A DNA stretch of 64,000 nt from Macrostomum lignano (GCA_002269645.1 NIVC01000025.1:62001-126000); one strand, 5' to 3'. Positions 12,001-23,336 are shown, counted from the first letter of the stretch. Notes: generated by a model from the sequence alone, not told the origin. Numbers and translations are program-made.

Positions 12001-14393
12001 CCATCTACTCAAACAGAATCGCCCATCTACTCAAACAGAATCGCCCCATCTACTCAAACAGAATCGCCCCAGCTACTCAAACAAAATTGCCCCAGCTACC
12101 CCAAGAAAATCGCCCCAGCTACCCTAAAAGAATCGCCCTGAAATCCTATAAACAATCGCCCTGAACTACCCATAGACAATCGCCCTGAACTACCCATAGA
12201 CAATCGCCCTGAACTACCCATAGACAATCGCCCTGAACTAGACAATCGCCCTGAACTACCCATAGACAATCGCCCTGAACTACCCATAGACAATCGCCCT
12301 GAACTACCCATAGACAATCGCCCTGAACTAGACAATCGCCCTGAACTACCCATAGACAATCGCCCTGAACTACCCATAGACAATCGCCCTGAACTACCCA
12401 TAGACAATCGCCCTGAAACCTCTGCATCACCTCGAATATTTTCCCTGAAGTTTTGATCGGCCCTCAAATCATAAATAATCTTTCCCCTCCCTTCCCCTTG
12501 ATCACGTGACCCCGTTCAGCTACGCGGACTTTGGCGTCCTGCACCGCAACGAGCTGTCCGGCGCACTCAGCGGCCTCACCCGGGTGCGCCGGTTTCAACA
12601 GGACGATGCGCACATCTTCTGCCGCGAAGACCAGATCCGCGACGAGATTGGCGGCTGTCTGGACTTCCTGCGACACGTCTATGGAATATTCGGCTTCACC
12701 TTCAAACTGGAGCTGAGCACCCGGCCTGAGCAGTATCTTGGCGAAGTTGAACTCTGGGATCGGGCTGAGAAACAGCTGTCTGAATCGCTAAACGCATCCG
12801 GTCTGGAATGGAAGCTCAACCCGGGCGATGGCGCTTTCTATGGGCCCAAGATTGACATCGGCATTCAGGACGCGTTGAAACGCTGGCACCAGTGCGCCAC
12901 CATACAGCTGGACTTCCAGCTGCCGCAGCGGTTCGATCTGCACTATCAGTCAGAGTCTGATGATACTGACGCTGTGAGTGCTATAATGCTGTATAGGTGT
13001 GTGCAGACAGTGGTTCTAGCATTGCTAACTCACTGTGTATATCCTCTACCCCTTCTATCTTCTACTTTTTACCCTTAGACCCTTTTTACCCTTACTTTCT
13101 ACCCTCTCCTACCCTCTGTCTTCTACCCTCTCCCACCCTCTGTCTTCTACCCTCTCCCACCCTCTGTCTTCTACCCTCTGTCTTCTACCCTCTCCCACCC
13201 TCTGTCTTCTACCCTCTCCCACCCTCTGTCTTCTACCCTCTGTCTTCTACCCTCTCCCACCCTCTGTCTTCTACCCTCTGTCTTCTACCCTCTCCCACCC
13301 TCTCTCTTCTACCCTCTCCCCCACCCTGTCTTCTACCCTTTCATCGATCCTCTGCCTTCTACCATCTTCCCCACCCTAAGCTGCTTACCAGTGCCAACCA
13401 GTTGTCAACGCCGATTTCTTCTCCGCAGTCGCGCCCCCGCCCGGTGATCATTCACCGAGCCGTGTTGGGCTCAGTTGAGCGCATGATGGCCATCCTCACC
13501 GAGAACTACGCCGGCAAGTGGCCTTTCTGGCTGTCCCCTCTCCAAGCCTTCGTCATTCCCGTTGTGTCCGCCTGCGACGATTACGCTACGGGAGTGCGAG
13601 ACCGGCTTAAGGAGGCAGGGTTTATGGCCGATATGGATCTGGATCCTGGTTGGTGGCCTAAGTTACTGCTTGGGATTAGAAAATGACTATTGCGCTTGAA
13701 TTTAATTGATTTGGGGATTCTTCAGATTATCGGATTTATGGATTATCTTCAGATTATCGGATTTATGGATTACCGGGATTCTTCAGATTATCAGATTTAT
13801 GGATTATCGGGAATTCTTCAGATTATCGGATTTATGGATTGTCGGGGGATTCTTCAGATTATCAGATTTATGGATTATCGGGAATTCTTCAGATTATCGG
13901 ATTTATGGATTGTCGGGGGATTCTTCAGATTATCGGATTTATGGATTTTCGGGGATTCTTCAGATTATCGGATTTATCGATTTTCGGGGATTCTTCAGAT
14001 TATCGGATTTATGGATTATCGGGGATTTTTCAGATTATCGGATTTATGGATTATCGGGGATTTTTCAGATTATCGGATTTATGGATTATTTGGATAGGGA
14101 TTTTAGGAACTTTCTAACTGACGGATATTGCTATCACCGGCCATCAGATTAAGAGATTTGTTATAATCTGTTTCCCGTTCTCAGGCAAGTCGCTCAACAA
14201 GAAAATCCGGAACGCGCAACTGGCACACTACAACTTCATCTTAGTTCTGGGAGCTGAGGAGCAGAAGAACGGCACGGTGAATGTTCGCACGCGCGACAAC
14301 CGGGTCCACGGCGAGCACAGCTTGGATCACGTGATTAAGAGATTCACCGAGTTCGCGCGTACTCGCACCCGAGACGCGGAGGAGTCGTTTTGA
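3038..14393 (+). CDS. TARS1: Threonyl-tRNA synthetase, 8 exons: 3038(or 3248)-3256, 9129-9522, 10338-10717, 10910-11016, 11101-11427, 12520-12973, 13429-13648, 14185-14393; 699 aa from ATG 3248, 769 aa from ATG 3038
   Basis: TGS domain (ITLPDG..WETSP), [69 protein letters not shown] anticodon domain; all introns GT-AG with matching phases. Exon 1 assignment (ATGTCTCAA|GTAAGT) is less certain than exons 2-8. Confidence 0.95.
3482..4852. repeat. Direct duplication of about 340 bp (3482-3822 and 4514-4852) flanking a TIR element
   Basis: CAGACAACAATTAAAAAAATGGAAG...GAAGTTGTCTGTTGATATATAT appears twice, near identical. Confidence 0.9.
3824..4514. mobile_element. Non-autonomous TIR element (MITE), about 690 bp
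   Basis: Ends GCCATAGTCAGGAAGGTAGC..GCACGCGGGAAT and ATTCCCACGTGCAGGCCACCTTCCTGAGTATGGC are inverted; repeated GCACGCCA subterminal motifs; no TSD seen. Confidence 0.7.
5034..5816. mobile_element. AT-rich MITE copy 1, about 780 bp, possibly PIF/Harbinger-like
   Basis: Ends GGCCCATTCCATATAA / TTATATGAAATGGCC, preceded by TTA; reverse complement of 6110-6896. Confidence 0.75.
6110..6896. mobile_element. AT-rich MITE copy 2, inverted relative to copy 1
   Basis: Ends GGCTCATTCCATATAA / TTATATGGAATGAGCC; aligns along its length to the reverse complement of 5034-5816. Confidence 0.75.
7020..7750. repeat. Degenerate 24-bp minisatellite in TARS intron 1
   Basis: Unit about GATTATTGCACTTGATAAGCCAAG. 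Confidence 0.9.
7770..8250. repeat. About 19-bp minisatellite in TARS intron 1
   Basis: Unit GGATGCTTGCTATCTGGGG with variable G-run. Confidence 0.9.
9565..10240. repeat. 28-bp satellite family A, array 1 (TARS intron 2)
   Basis: Unit CCAGCCTCCCAGATCCTCAGTTGCTGGG. Confidence 0.95.
11500..12420. repeat. Composite 23-bp and 24-bp minisatellite (TARS intron 5)
   Basis: CAGAATCGCCCCATCTACTCAAA units grade into ATCGCCCTGAACTACCCATAGACA units sharing an AATCGCCC core. Confidence 0.95.
13080..13350. repeat. Pyrimidine-rich minisatellite (TARS intron 6)
   Basis: TCTTCTACCCTCTCCCACCCTCTG units. Confidence 0.9.
13715..14090. repeat. 35-bp minisatellite (TARS intron 7)
   Basis: TTCTTCAGATTATCGGATTTATGGATTATCGGGGA units. 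Confidence 0.93.
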
Positions 14394-14714
14394 TGGAGCG
14401 CAGAGTCTGGTTTAACAATTGATATTTGACTCGTTCGTTTCCGATTAGCTTCACGACTTAAAATATTTATCTTCTTCTCACTGTCTGTTTTGTTTTCAAG
14501 CTGGAATACGGTACGGACTCAAGGCTGGTACTGAAAAGCGTTAAAAATGCAAATTTGCGGGTCTTTAGAGACCAAAACGACTTGATTTTTGCCGTGTTTT
14601 GCACTTTTCTCTTTCTTTATTTCCTTGGTTATCTGCGCAGCTACTCTATTGATAAATGCGCTTATACTTAAAATTTGGAGGTGGTTTTATCTTTGAGTTA
14701 GTTAGATACATTCT

Positions 14715-15390
14715 GTCACCTGTTAGACAGTCAGGTGTCACCTGTTAGACAGTCAGGTGTCACCTGTTAGACAGTCAGGTGTCACCTGTTAGTCAGTCAG
14801 GTGTCACCTGTTAGACAGTCAGTTGTCACCTGTTAGACAGTCAGGTGTCACCTGTTAGACAGTCAGGTGTCACCTGTTAGACAGTCAGGGGTCACCTGTT
14901 AGTCAGTCAGGTGTCACCTGTTAGACAGTCAGTTGTCACCTGTTAGACAGTCAGGTGTCACCTGTTAGACAGTCAGGTGTCACCTGTTAGACAGTCAGAT
15001 GTCACCTGTTAGACAGTCAGGTGTCACCTGTTAGACAGTCAGTTGTCAACTGTTAGACAGTCAGTTGTCAACTGTTAGACAGTCAGGTGTCACCTGTTAG
15101 ACAGTCAGTTGTCAACTGTTAGACAGTCAGGTGTCACCTGTTAGACAGTCAGGTGTCACCTGTTAGACAGTCAGGTGTCACCTGTTAGACAGTCAGTTGT
15201 CACCTGTTAGACAGTCAGGTGTCACCTGTTAGACAGTCAGTTGTCACCTGTTAGACAGTCAGGTGTCACCTGTTAGACAGTCAGGTGTCACCTGTTAGAC
15301 AGTCAGGTGTCACCTGTTAGACAGTAGGTGTCACCTGTTAGACAGTAGGTGTCACCTGTTAGTCAGTGTCAGGTGTCACCTGTTAGACAG
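14715..15390. repeat. 22-bp minisatellite between TARS and eIF3L, about 30 copies
   Basis: GTCACCTGTTAGACAGTCAGGT; unit junction forms the palindrome CAGGTG-T-CACCTG. Confidence 0.95.
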
Positions 15391-15939
15391 TTGGCAATCA
15401 AAAATGCGTTTGACTTCAACTTAATGCTATATGGTTAGGTGGTTTAACTTATTTAATTATGCTTATATGCGTAAGATTGATATTAGTATGCGGTTGTGTT
15501 GCTGCAATCGGGTTATTATCAACTGTAACCTTGAAATAATGTTTATGCTTATATTGACAACCGGTGGCTGCTTAGAGTTTAGTTTGATTGGCAGTTTGTT
15601 AAAGATAAAAAAAATTAAATACAATGAAATTCAAGCTCATCTAATAGTAAAAGTCCATCCTTATCACTTTCCTTACTTCCGTCTCCAGCCCTGGATTGCA
15701 AATCTGATTTTTGTGTTTTTGTGCACCGCTTTACAATTTCTATTGCACTTTAATCAGCCTATCTTCACTGCGTGTTGCTTAGGGACATTTCAGCTACTCT
15801 TGTTCTTTTACCTGTCACCTACCATCCGTGCGCGAACCAGGATCTTGGGAATTGTTGGCAGAATACAGTTTAAAATAGAATATGAGCACTGCGGCTCCTG
15901 ACTTGCTTTTATTTCATTTTTATGGTTACTTTAGCTTGA

Positions 15940-16640
15940 CTACCAGCCTTCCAGATCTTCAGTTGCTGGGCCAGCCTCCCAGATCCTCAGTTGCTGGGCC
16001 AGCCTCCCAGATCCTCAGTTGCTGGGCCAGCCTCCCAGATCCTCAGTTGCTGGGCCAGCCTCCCAGATCCTCAGTTGCTGGGCCAGCCTCCCAGATCCTC
16101 AGTTGCTGGGTCAGCCTTCCAGATCCTCAGTTGCTGGGCCAGCCTCCCAGATCCTCAGTTGCTGGGCCAGCCTCCCAGATCCTCAGTTGCTGGGCCAGCC
16201 TCCCAGATCCTCAGTTGCTGGGCCAGCCTCCCAGATCCTCAGTTGCTGGGTCAGCCTTCCAGATCCTCAGTTGCTGGGCCAGCCTCCCAGATCCTCAGTT
16301 GCTGGGCCAGCCTCCCAGATCCTCAGTTGCTGGGTCAGCCTTCCAGATCCTCAGTTGCTGGGCCAGCCTCCCAGATCCTCAGTTGCTGGGCCAGCCTCCC
16401 AGATCCTCAGTTGCTGGGTCAGCCTTCCAGATCCTCAGTTGCTGGGCCAGCCTCCCAGATCCTCAGTTGCTGGGCCAGTCTCTCAGATCCTCAGTTGCTG
16501 GGCCAGCCTCCCAGATCCTCAGTTGCTGGGCCAGTCTCTCAGATCCTCAGTTGCTGGGCCAGCCTTCCAGATCCTCAGTTGCTGGGCCAGCCTCCCAGAT
16601 CCTCAGTTGCTGGGCCAGCCTCCCAGATCCTCAGTTGCAG
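15940..16640. repeat. 28-bp satellite family A, array 2 (just upstream of eIF3L ATG)
   Basis: Same unit and orientation as 9565-10240. Confidence 0.95.
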
Positions 16641-16765
16641 AATCAGCCTCTCGGATCCCCAGTTGCTCGGCTAACACCTCCCAGGTCCTCAATTCCGCCT
16701 TACCATTCTCCTTGCATGCTAATCGGTTTTCCGCATTTGTCGTCGTCAAGCATCTAAAAATAGCA

Positions 16766-18820
16766 ATGACGTCATGGGATGAAAAGGTGGGTGGCGAGCC
16801 GGCCGACTACGGCAACGCGGTGCTGAGCGCCAACGGCAGCTACACGATCCTGCCGGAGCCCGTCAAGACTTTCCTCTGCAATTTCGAAGCAGCCATCCGC
16901 AATCGCAACGTGTATGACATCATACAGTGCTACGAGGCCCAGTTTCCAAAGCTCACCGAGCGGTTCTTCGCCAAGTACAACTGGCCGGCAACCCAGGTGG
17001 TGACGGAGATTGTCAGCCGGAGTCTGGGCGGCAAGGAGCCGGACCAGCTGTTCGTCATCCTGTACACGGAGATGTACTACAAGCACATCTACGCCCACAT
17101 TGCCGGCGGGCCGAGCTTCGAAGATCGGGAGGCCTCCTATTTTAACTATTGCGACTTCTTCAATTTCGTGTTAGGCACGGATACTCCGGTGACTCACGAG
17201 CTGCCCTACCAGCTGCTTTGGGACATCATTGACGAGTTCATCTATCAGTTCCAGAACTTCACCCAGTACCGGGCCAAGCTCAAGAATAAGAAAGATGAAG
17301 AGATCAGCACGCTGAGGGACAGTGTCACCACCTGGAACATTCATTCCGTGCTGAATGTGCTGCACTCACTAGTTGAGAAGTCCTGCATCAATGAGCAGCT
17401 GAGAGAGCTCGCCTCTGGCGGCGATATATCCGCTGTGGCTGGGGAGTTTGGCGAGCGGCAGCTGTACAAGATGCTGGGCTTCTTCAGTCTGATTGGCCTG
17501 TGCAGGCTGCACTGCATTCTGGGCGATTTCTTTCAGGCGTTGAAGGTAATTTTGCAGTTGTTTAAATCTGGGCTCAGGTTCGGGATTCGAACCATTTCCT
17601 TCGATTCTCATTTAGTAGGATTCGAACCCCTTTCTTTGATCCTCGTTTTTATTGGGATTCGAACCCCTTTCTTTAATTCTCATTTAGTGGGATTCGAACC
17701 CCTTTCCTTGATCCTCATTTAGTGGGATTCGAACCCCTTTCTTTAATTTTCATTTAGTGGGATTCGAACCCCTTTCTTTAATTTTCATTTAGTCGGATTC
17801 GAACCCCCTTCTTAGATTCTCATTAAGTGGGATTCGAACCCTTTCTTTGATCCTCATTAAGTGGGATCGAACTCCTTTCTTTAATCCTCATTTAGTGGGA
17901 TTCGAACCTCTTGCTTCAATCCTCAACCGTATACCCGCCGCCTGAAGGTCCTTGAGAACATCGACGTGAGCCGTCTGGACCTGTACTGCAACGTGCCCAC
18001 CTGCAACATCACCACCTCCTATTACGTGGGCTTCTCATTCATGATGATGCGCCGCTACGAGGACGCGATTCGAACTTTGAACGACGCTCTGGCCTATCAC
18101 AACCGGGTGAAGTCCTCTCTGGCCGGCCGGCCGGACGTGGCCGACTATGTTGCTAAGCAGACGGACCAGATGTGCCACCTGCTGTGCCTGTGCCTCAGCC
18201 TGCACCCGATGCGCGTTGACGAGATCGTGCACGCCCAGATCAAGGAGAAGTACAACGAGAAGAATCTGAAACTGTCTCGCATGGATCTGGACGAGATCGC
18301 CAACACGTTTCAGTACGCCTGTCCGAAATTTCTGTCCCCTGTGCCGCCGAACTTCGACCTGCCCGAGAATTACCAGATGAACCCGATGCGCCAGATCAAG
18401 GAGGAGTTCATCAGCGAGATCAAGCAGCAGGCTCGCATCCCGGATATCCGCTCCTACCTGAAGCTGTACACCACACTTAGCATAGAGAAACTGGCCGGCC
18501 TGATGAACACGGAGCCGCAGGTCCTGCACCGGGAGCTGATGTGCTACAAGCACAAGATGCAGAATATTGTCACAGCCGATGCGGCCGCAGCCGCCGCCGC
18601 GGAGGCCCCGACAGCCAGCTCCTCAGAGTTGGATTTCTACATCGACGGCGACATGATCCACGTGGCCGACACCAAAGTGGCTAGAAAGTTTGGCGAGCTG
18701 TTCATCCGGAATATTCTCAAATTGGAGGATGTGAACCGGGCTCTGACCCGGCTGGACCAGTTCATCTATGGCGTGGCCGCTGGCGAGGCCGGGCCGCAGG
18801 CTGGGTCAGCCCGCTCCTAA
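16766..18820 (+). CDS. EIF3L: Eukaryotic translation initiation factor 3 subunit L, 2 exons (16766-17545, 17948-18820), 550 aa
   Basis: FPKLTERFF, LYTEMYYKHIYA, LWDIIDEFIYQFQ, WNIHSVLNVLHSLV, YKMLGFFSLIGLCRLHCILGDF, GFSFMMMRRYEDAIR, IRSYLKLYTT, LDFYIDGDMIHVADTKVAR; phase-0 GT-AG intron joins ALK|VLENID. Confidence 0.96.
17575..17925. repeat. About 35-bp minisatellite, about 10 copies, each with a tRNA T-arm/B-box motif on the minus strand (eIF3L intron)
   Basis: GGGATTCGAACCC in each unit; reverse complement GGGTTCGAATCCC. Confidence 0.9.
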
Positions 18821-19194
18821 GAGAGTTGACCTACAATCACCTGGCCTGAGCTACAGTGGATGTGTTAAAGAAGCAGATTTCATTACTTAGTTCATGTGGG
18901 GTGTAGAGAAACGTTTGTTTTGGCAATTTCATTGATCAACAAAAGCGAAAGCTGTTTGGACAGTTGACGTATGGTTTAAAGCAAATACAAATTCAGCATT
19001 GTTGTTAAACATTCAATTGCGTATGGTAATTCTGGTGCATAATCGGTATTCGAGTTCTTTTATTTTCGTCCAAATCCTATGTATGTCTTCAATTGACTTT
19101 AGTAGCCTACATTCAGCTGCATGCTAACCGCGGCCATCACTGCTTAACTTGCTGCGGTGCTGAGCACATGGCTACAGAGTAGTAATAAAAAAGT

Positions 19195-19630
19195 AGTTGC
19201 TGGGCCAGCCTCTTAAATCCCCAGTTGCTGAGCCAGCCTCCCAGATCCTCAGTTTCTGGGCCAGAATCAGAGACTGTCAGTTGCTGGGCCAGCCTCCCAG
19301 AATTTCAGTTGCTGAGCCAGCCTCCCAGATCCCCAGTTGCTGGGCCAGCCTCCCAGATCCTCATTTGCTGGGCCAGCCTCCCAGATCCTCAGTTGCTGGG
19401 CCAGCCTCCCAGATCCTCAGTTGCTGGGCCAGCCTACCAGATCCTCAGTTGCTGGGCCAGCCTCCCAGATCCTCAGTTGCTGTGCCAGCCTCTCAGATAC
19501 TCAGTTGCTGGGCCAGCCTCCCAGATCCTCAGTTGCTGGGCCAGCCTCCCAGATCCTCAGTTGCTGGGCCAGCCTACCAGATCCTCAGTTGCTGGGCCAG
19601 CCTCCCAGATCCTCAGTTGCTGGGCCAGTT
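19195..19630. repeat. 28-bp satellite family A, array 3 (downstream of eIF3L)
   Basis: Same unit and orientation as arrays 1 and 2. Confidence 0.95.
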
Positions 19631-20463
19631 TCCCAGAATGCCGGTTATGTGGGGTCTGTCAAACTATGTATTATCGAGAAATCTACATACATAAGGACAT
19701 AAGTGTTGTAGACAGGCCACAGAAACAAACGCTTCAACAATTCACTGTGATAATGGATAGCCCTTTGTGGAAAATATATATCCTAAAAAATTCTTATCGT
19801 TTATTGGTTTTATAGAATCGAAGAAATCAGAGTTATTAACAAGCTTTTAATGCATATTTATAACAATAATATGCATTTTTATGTTAAATTACAGTTTAAA
19901 AGATAAGGAATTCATACTTTAAAGCTTAAAGCTGAAGTACGTGCATCTTAGACTGGGAAATTGTCACTTCTTAGCAAAAGTTGGTTCAAAATATTAATTG
20001 TTATAATGATTACAATAATTTAGATTAACAAAGTTCAAGATCAAAGATAAAATGTGTGGAGCCGACAACATTGAAAATAGACTTAACAAAAGGTTTTGTA
20101 AATGTGTAGTGTGTACGTGTACCCTAAAATATGTTGTACGTGTAAATCAAAAGCAATTCACGTCTTGAAAAACACGTCAAGCTACTTTAAATTCAGTAGT
20201 ATTGTAGTATATGACTGCCCTGTTTTTGTACCCGGTTTTATTTCCTTCAACTGCAGCGAAGTTTGAAGGAAAGTTCAGAGGTAAAAGCTGTCTCATCTTT
20301 CGAATTTCGTTCGATGTACTGCATGCACTCTCGCAACTTTGTCAAGAAAAGGTTTGAAAAAGTACATGTTCTTAGAGAGGGAGCTGCGCTTTCTAAAACC
20401 AAGGAGTTCTAATTAGCAACCTGGAGTGGGAACGAGTTTTTCAGTTTTACCTCATGAGGCCAG

Positions 20464-21227
20464 GGGGGTGTTTCATAGATTTGACAAGCTACAAGTGAAA
20501 AGTGACAAGTTAAAAAATTACAAGTGTTACAGATTTTTGTTTCATAGACTGATTTGTAAATCTAGTTACAAGTTACAAGCTGACTGAGTAGTGAACTAAA
20601 TATCTATGGGCCAAACATCAAGTCCGTCCCAGGCGCAGCCACAGCCGACTCCCGTTGAACCCTGGATATGATCTAGTTCTGTATAGAGGAAAGACAATGT
20701 TTATCAATATTTAAATATAATCTTTGGCATAGAAGTCTATCTTACACGTTTGGCCCACTAGCAAGCGTAAGAATGTCTCTCACGGTTGAAAACAAGAACG
20801 CCATACTGCTTCTGCTTAACGAGAGAAGGCCGAGTTGTTTGGAGAATTTTACTTTATAATTACGAAGGAATTGAATCAATTCGATCCTCAAATTGAAAGT
20901 TTATTCGTGGTTTAAAATTTCTGGGTCTCTTTGCCAATGCAACGTGGCCAATAGCTTCGTCCAAAGAGTCCGAATCAGAATCGAACATGTTGCCATGCAA
21001 AGCGAAATCTGATAGTTACAAGTTTGTCAAATCTCGCGGGACTACTCAAGTTTGTCGAAAATCAAACGCTGCTCACTCTTCAAGAAGCGATGTCTATGAA
21101 ACAAACCGCTTGTAACTAGCACTTGTCACTACTCACTTGTCACTTATAATTCTATGAAACGGAAATCGCTACTCACTGCTCACTTGTCGCACTTGTAACT
21201 CTGACAAGTGGTCTATGAAACACCCCT
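20464..21227. mobile_element. Non-autonomous PIF/Harbinger element, 764 bp
   Basis: TIR GGGGTGTTTCATAGA / TCTATGAAACACCCC; CAG on both flanks (20461-63, 21228-30); ACAAG/CTTGT subterminal repeats; minus-strand remnant MFDSDSDSLDEAIGHVALAKRPRNFKPRINF resembles a Harbinger transposase N-terminus by eye. Confidence 0.8.
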
Positions 21228-21646
21228 CAGACTAGCATAGACAGAGTCAGACAGAGCCATAGACATTCAGTGCTGGCTCCTTATTCTTTACAATTGGCGT
21301 GGCCTCATTAGGTAAAACTCGTTTCCGCTCCAGATTGCTAATTGTAGAACTCCTTGTCTAAAACGGATGTCACAAAGCTAATTTGCACAGCGCAGAATGG
21401 GGTTTTGCCATAGACAAATTTGTCGATAAAAACCCATCTACAGAGACAGAGAATTTGCTTGCTTGCCCGGTCTCGGTGAACACACTTGCTACATTTGAAA
21501 TTCGCAAGGCTGTAGTCGGTGAAATATTGGGAATCTAGTGATAAACAACTGAAAACTTTCCAATCTCGCTAATTGCAGGATTTTTGAGTGTTAAGCGTCC
21601 TTCTGCTTGATTTGTTCCTGTGTTTAGCCACGCAGATCAAAGCCAA

Positions 21647-22651
21647 TCAAGCGACGAGGTCGAAGAACTCGCGAATCTCAACCTCAGACATGCTCGAGTT
21701 GGCAATCGCCAGAGCTCTCAGGGTGCCGCTGAAATAATCATTCGGTGCTGGTGCAGTCCTGATCCGCAATCCGACGTACAGACAGGCGTTGGCGTTGATG
21801 ACTGAGCAAGGACTCGAATCACTTAAAGTCGGCAGGCTGCTTCTCAGAAGGAAGGAATCCTTCATGAAGACGTCGTACTCGCTTCCACTGACGGTTAATC
21901 CAAAGTTGATCCAGTCCTCCGAGCTGGCCGGGAGAGCGTCAGCTGGCGAGTAGATAAAAGGCAGAAGTGTTCCAGTGATTTGATTTGTTCGGGCGAACAA
22001 TTGTCTCGGAGAGCCGTACTCCCACAGGTGAACTCCGTGTCTCGTGGGGGCGTTCATGTTGTTGCAGTCGGTGAATTCAATGAACGGCTGCAATTTCGGC
22101 TGCCTCTTGATCTTGAGCAGCCAGGTAAGCCCGGTAGAGAAGTTGAGGCTCGACTTTTGCAGCATCGCATAGGCGGTTGTGCCATCGAACTTGGCGCCTT
22201 CGCTGCTCCACTCGACGTTCATCAGGTGGAGCCGGTTGGTGTCTTCATCAGCCTGGCACACCAGGTTCTCCAGTCTGCTCACGCTGTCGCCCAGCCACAC
22301 GCTGTTGAGCTTGGAGTTGATGGCTCTGTGATCGATCGGAAATCGGTAGAACACCTCGCAGTTGGCAGTTTTGCCAGGAATCAGACTGCGGCAGATCGAC
22401 TGGAAGTTGAAGATGGCACACGTGCCGGTGTCGGAGTTGAACTGGATCAGCAGAGCTCCGGTCAGGCCTGTCAGGAAGTCGCTCATGGCGCAGTGGGTCT
22501 CCGTGACGGCTCTGACGTGAGCCACCGCCACGGGGGAGCCATCGGGCACGCATTGGACTTTGGCGGCTTGGTACACGGACTGCTGCTGCTGGCAGTTGGC
22601 AAGGGTGGCAGCCAGCAGCAGCAGGTTGAGTGCGGCAGCAACGATTGACAT
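21647..22651 (-). CDS. Intronless secreted protein, 334 aa: signal peptide, PAN/apple-like cysteine domain, LamG/concanavalin A-like domain
   Basis: Hydrophobic N-terminus MSIVAAALNLLLLAATLANC; C-x20-C..FN..TGTC pattern; AKFDG..., W..FGLT, YFSGTLRALAI...MSEVEI pattern typical of Laminin_G_3; GC-rich coding-like composition. Domain calls made by eye. Confidence 0.75.
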   Translation of the reverse strand: MSIVAAALNLLLLAATLANCQQQQSVYQAAKVQCVPDGSPVAVAHVRAVTETHCAMSDFLTGLTGALLIQFNSDTGTCAIFNFQSICRSLIPGKTANCEVFYRFPIDHRAINSKLNSVWLGDSVSRLENLVCQADEDTNRLHLMNVEWSSEGAKFDGTTAYAMLQKSSLNFSTGLTWLLKIKRQPKLQPFIEFTDCNNMNAPTRHGVHLWEYGSPRQLFARTNQITGTLLPFIYSPADALPASSEDWINFGLTVSGSEYDVFMKDSFLLRSSLPTLSDSSPCSVINANACLYVGLRIRTAPAPNDYFSGTLRALAIANSSMSEVEIREFFDLVA

Positions 22652-23336
22652 CGGGTGCAGTCAGCTCATTTCTGGTGTACAGTGTAAAAAAGTGTATAAC
22701 AAGTCTTGAGTCGTAGAAAGGATCTCACTGGAATTCATATTACAGCAACCAGGTAAGTATAGGGCTTAGTTGCAGAAGCTTACCTGGAATTTCGCGACAC
22801 AACGGTTGAAGCCAATAGTAGTGGCTGATTAAAAAATTATTTTTTTAAAGATAGCAAATTTAAGCAAAAAAAGTTTAGAGACCTCATCTCATCACCATGG
22901 GAATTAATCGATAGAATGCTCATCTATCATGCCTGCCAATGTTGGAGTCATCAAGCCCCATGTATTTTAGTGACGCCCGCTCATTAAAGTTGTGGACCGG
23001 AGCCTCAATAATTTTTTCTATATTGAAGCTGGGTAGATGGGGTTTTGTCTAGTAAAACAGAGAATCATTAAATTGCTTGCAAGCTTTGGCTTCAGCTGTT
23101 TTACTGCGCTCTCCCGACACTCCCTGCGGCTCCGTGTTTAGATGACTTATTTTATTAAATTATGCATGCATTTCCAAAGTCTTGCTATACCCACTTGACA
23201 GGAACGCGCGCTTTTTGTAGCCCTATGCTGCAAGTTAAATGGCCTGATATGCCATCCTCTCTCTCTGCTCATGTGCTGCCATTGGAAGGCTCATCTCGCA
23301 TGAAGGTTTTTTGCATTTCCATTTGACAGCAATGCC

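Noticed and set aside
15882-16757. [14 protein letters not shown] repeat ORFs and their apparent fusion to eIF3L or TARS
   Set aside because: Translations of 28-bp satellite A; eIF3L begins at ATG 16766 and the TARS copy is spliced out
17575-17925. tRNA gene cluster
   Set aside because: Only the T-arm motif is repeated; no acceptor stem, D arm or anticodon arm
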